This document shows positions 62,263-63,920 of a stretch of DNA of 63,920 bases, piece after piece (the stretch's first letter is position 1; every line of letters starts with the position of its first letter). Origin of the DNA: Octopus bimaculoides (lineage: Eukaryota). The position numbers were made by a program, and so were the translations under genes. A model generated the notes under the pieces. The model searched no databases. It had not been told where the DNA came from and was given only the letters and a program-made list of their open reading frames with translations. Location of the stretch: contig NC_068982.1 in the NCBI RefSeq assembly GCF_001194135.2, forward strand, positions 4,436,193-4,500,112, given 5' to 3'.

Positions 62263-62702
62263 TCAATGATGAGAGTTTTAAAGAAATAAAGTCCTGTTAG
62301 AAGTTATTTCACTTGCATTGCTATTGAGCAACAAGAAGAAAGAGAATAAATCCACAGATTTACCTTCCTCTGGTAACTCTCTCATTCCATTTAACTTTGA
62401 AAGTATGCTAAAATGATAATCCTATTTTAAAGTTGCGAATGAATCCCATAAAAAAAAAATGATTAATTAATGGAACTTGATCCCGCTAATTAACTTTGTC
62501 GCTTCGGATAATTATTTCATCGCTTCTCGCTTTTAAATCTTTGCAAAAAAATATTGCTGTGTTTAAAGGGGAGATACACGAACGAAACACTTTGAAAAGT
62601 TTGAATATTATTAACCATAGAGTTCCAGCCTATAACTATACAAACATTCATATAAATACATGTATGTTTATTTGCATAGATATATATGCATACATATATG
62701 TA

Positions 62703-62951
62703 TTGTGTTGGTGCATAATTATTGCGGCTTTTTTACCAACAAATTTTATTCAACAAAAACAATAACATGTAACAAAAGCATCTTTAAATGATTATTCCGG
62801 AGCATATTCACCATCTACTTCAATTATTGCTTCCCATTTGCTTGGCAGACGGTCAGACCGTCATTTAAAGATGTTTTTGTTAAATATTGTCATTGTTTTT
62901 GTTGAATAAAATTTGTTGAAAGAAAACCAAAATAATTATACACCAACCCAA
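62703..62951. mobile_element. Mariner-derived foldback MITE with about 90-bp inverted arms, flanked by TA
   Basis: Arms 62703-62791 and 62861-62951 are imperfect reverse complements starting TTG(T/G)GTTGGTG(C/T)ATAATTAT. The spacer encodes DRLPSKWEAIIEVDGEYAPE* on the minus strand (mariner C-terminus). Confidence 0.85.
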
Positions 62952-63474
62952 TATATATATATATATATNNNNNNNNNNNNNNNNNNNNNNNNNNNNNNNN
63001 NNNNNNNNNNNNNNNNNNNNNNNNNNNNNNNNNNNNNNNNNNNNNNNNNNNNNNNNNNNNNNNNNNNNNNNNNNNNNNNNNNNNNNNNNNNNNNNNNNNN
63101 NNNNNNNNNNNNNNNNNNNNNNNNNNNNNNNNNNNNNNNNNNNNNNNNNNNNNNNNNNNNNNNNNNNNNNNNNNNNNNNNNNNNNNNNNNNNNNNNNNNN
63201 NNNNNNNNNNNNNNNNNNNNNNNNNNNNNNNNNNNNNNNNNNNNNNNNNNNNNNNNNNNNNNNNNNNNNNNNNNNNNNNNNNNNNNNNNNNNNNNNNNNN
63301 NNNNAATGACATTTACCTCGATTACAATAACCGATTTCTACTATAATTTATTGTGTATTCTTATATATTATGTTACAAACTGGTGATTAATGTTTTAAAA
63401 GAGAATTCGTCGTAAAGGGAGCCGATAAGTGACTCTGATCTATGTATGTGGATGGGTATGTATGCCTGTACAAC

Positions 63475-63786
63475 TGATATGCCATCGGTTACGCTGGCAA
63501 GAGTTCCGCTTGATGTGACCCACGGAACAGTCTGCCCGTGAAATGAATGTACAAGTGACTGAGCACGCCACAGACGTCACGCGAACACTTAACTTAGTTC
63601 GTAGGGAAGCGCAGCGCCGAACAGGATGTGACAAGGCTTGCTCTTTGAATGACAGGTACAGCGCAGTGTGCACTGGAACAATGCGAAATAAAGTGTCTTG
63701 ATCAAGGACATAACGCGCCACCTGGATATCGAACTCGGGACCTTACGATCGCGAGCCGAATGCTCTAACTACTAAGCCACGCGCAT
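63475..63786 (-). mobile_element. SINE family C, diverged
   Basis: CATCGGTTACG...GTGAAATGAATGTACAAGTGACTGAGCAC...CTAACTACTAAGCCACGCGC. Confidence 0.85.
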
Positions 63787-63872
63787 GCATGTATTTAATG
63801 TTTTTACGTACGGAAGTGTATGTGTGTGTGTGTGTGTGTATGGGTGTGTATTCATGTATGTGTGTGTGTGTG

Positions 63873-63920
<48 letters not shown>

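Overview
AT-rich, repeat-saturated animal genomic DNA from a draft assembly with 18 N-gaps, most flanked by (TA)n or trinucleotide microsatellites. The repeat families look like those I recall from Octopus; this is recollection and was not verified. The only host coding sequence I can support is the first coding exon of a class A neuropeptide-type GPCR (+, 60542-60854, GT donor at 60855). Everything else recognisable is transposon-derived. (1) Three tRNA-headed SINE families, locally labelled A, B and C, with about 40 copies or fragments. (2) More than 10 fragments of an R4/Dong-like non-LTR retrotransposon with a restriction-enzyme-like (REL) endonuclease, many abutting (TAA)n-type repeats. 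(3) A Penelope-like reverse transcriptase (RT) remnant, a degenerate hAT transposase, three mariner remnants, a TIR-complete internally deleted pogo-type element with HTH and PHD remnants, and a small Tigger-like MITE. The most unusual structure is at 32214-34735. Two tandem L1/Tx1-like LINE 5' ends each start immediately after the 15-mer AAGAAG(C/T)TTG(C/T)TTCC, which is part of the family-B SINE head. This suggests a SINE-targeting retrotransposon nested in a SINE that is itself nested in a SINE. Most six-frame ORFs are microsatellite or N-gap artefacts. All protein-family assignments are from manual translation and remembered motifs; no searches were run.
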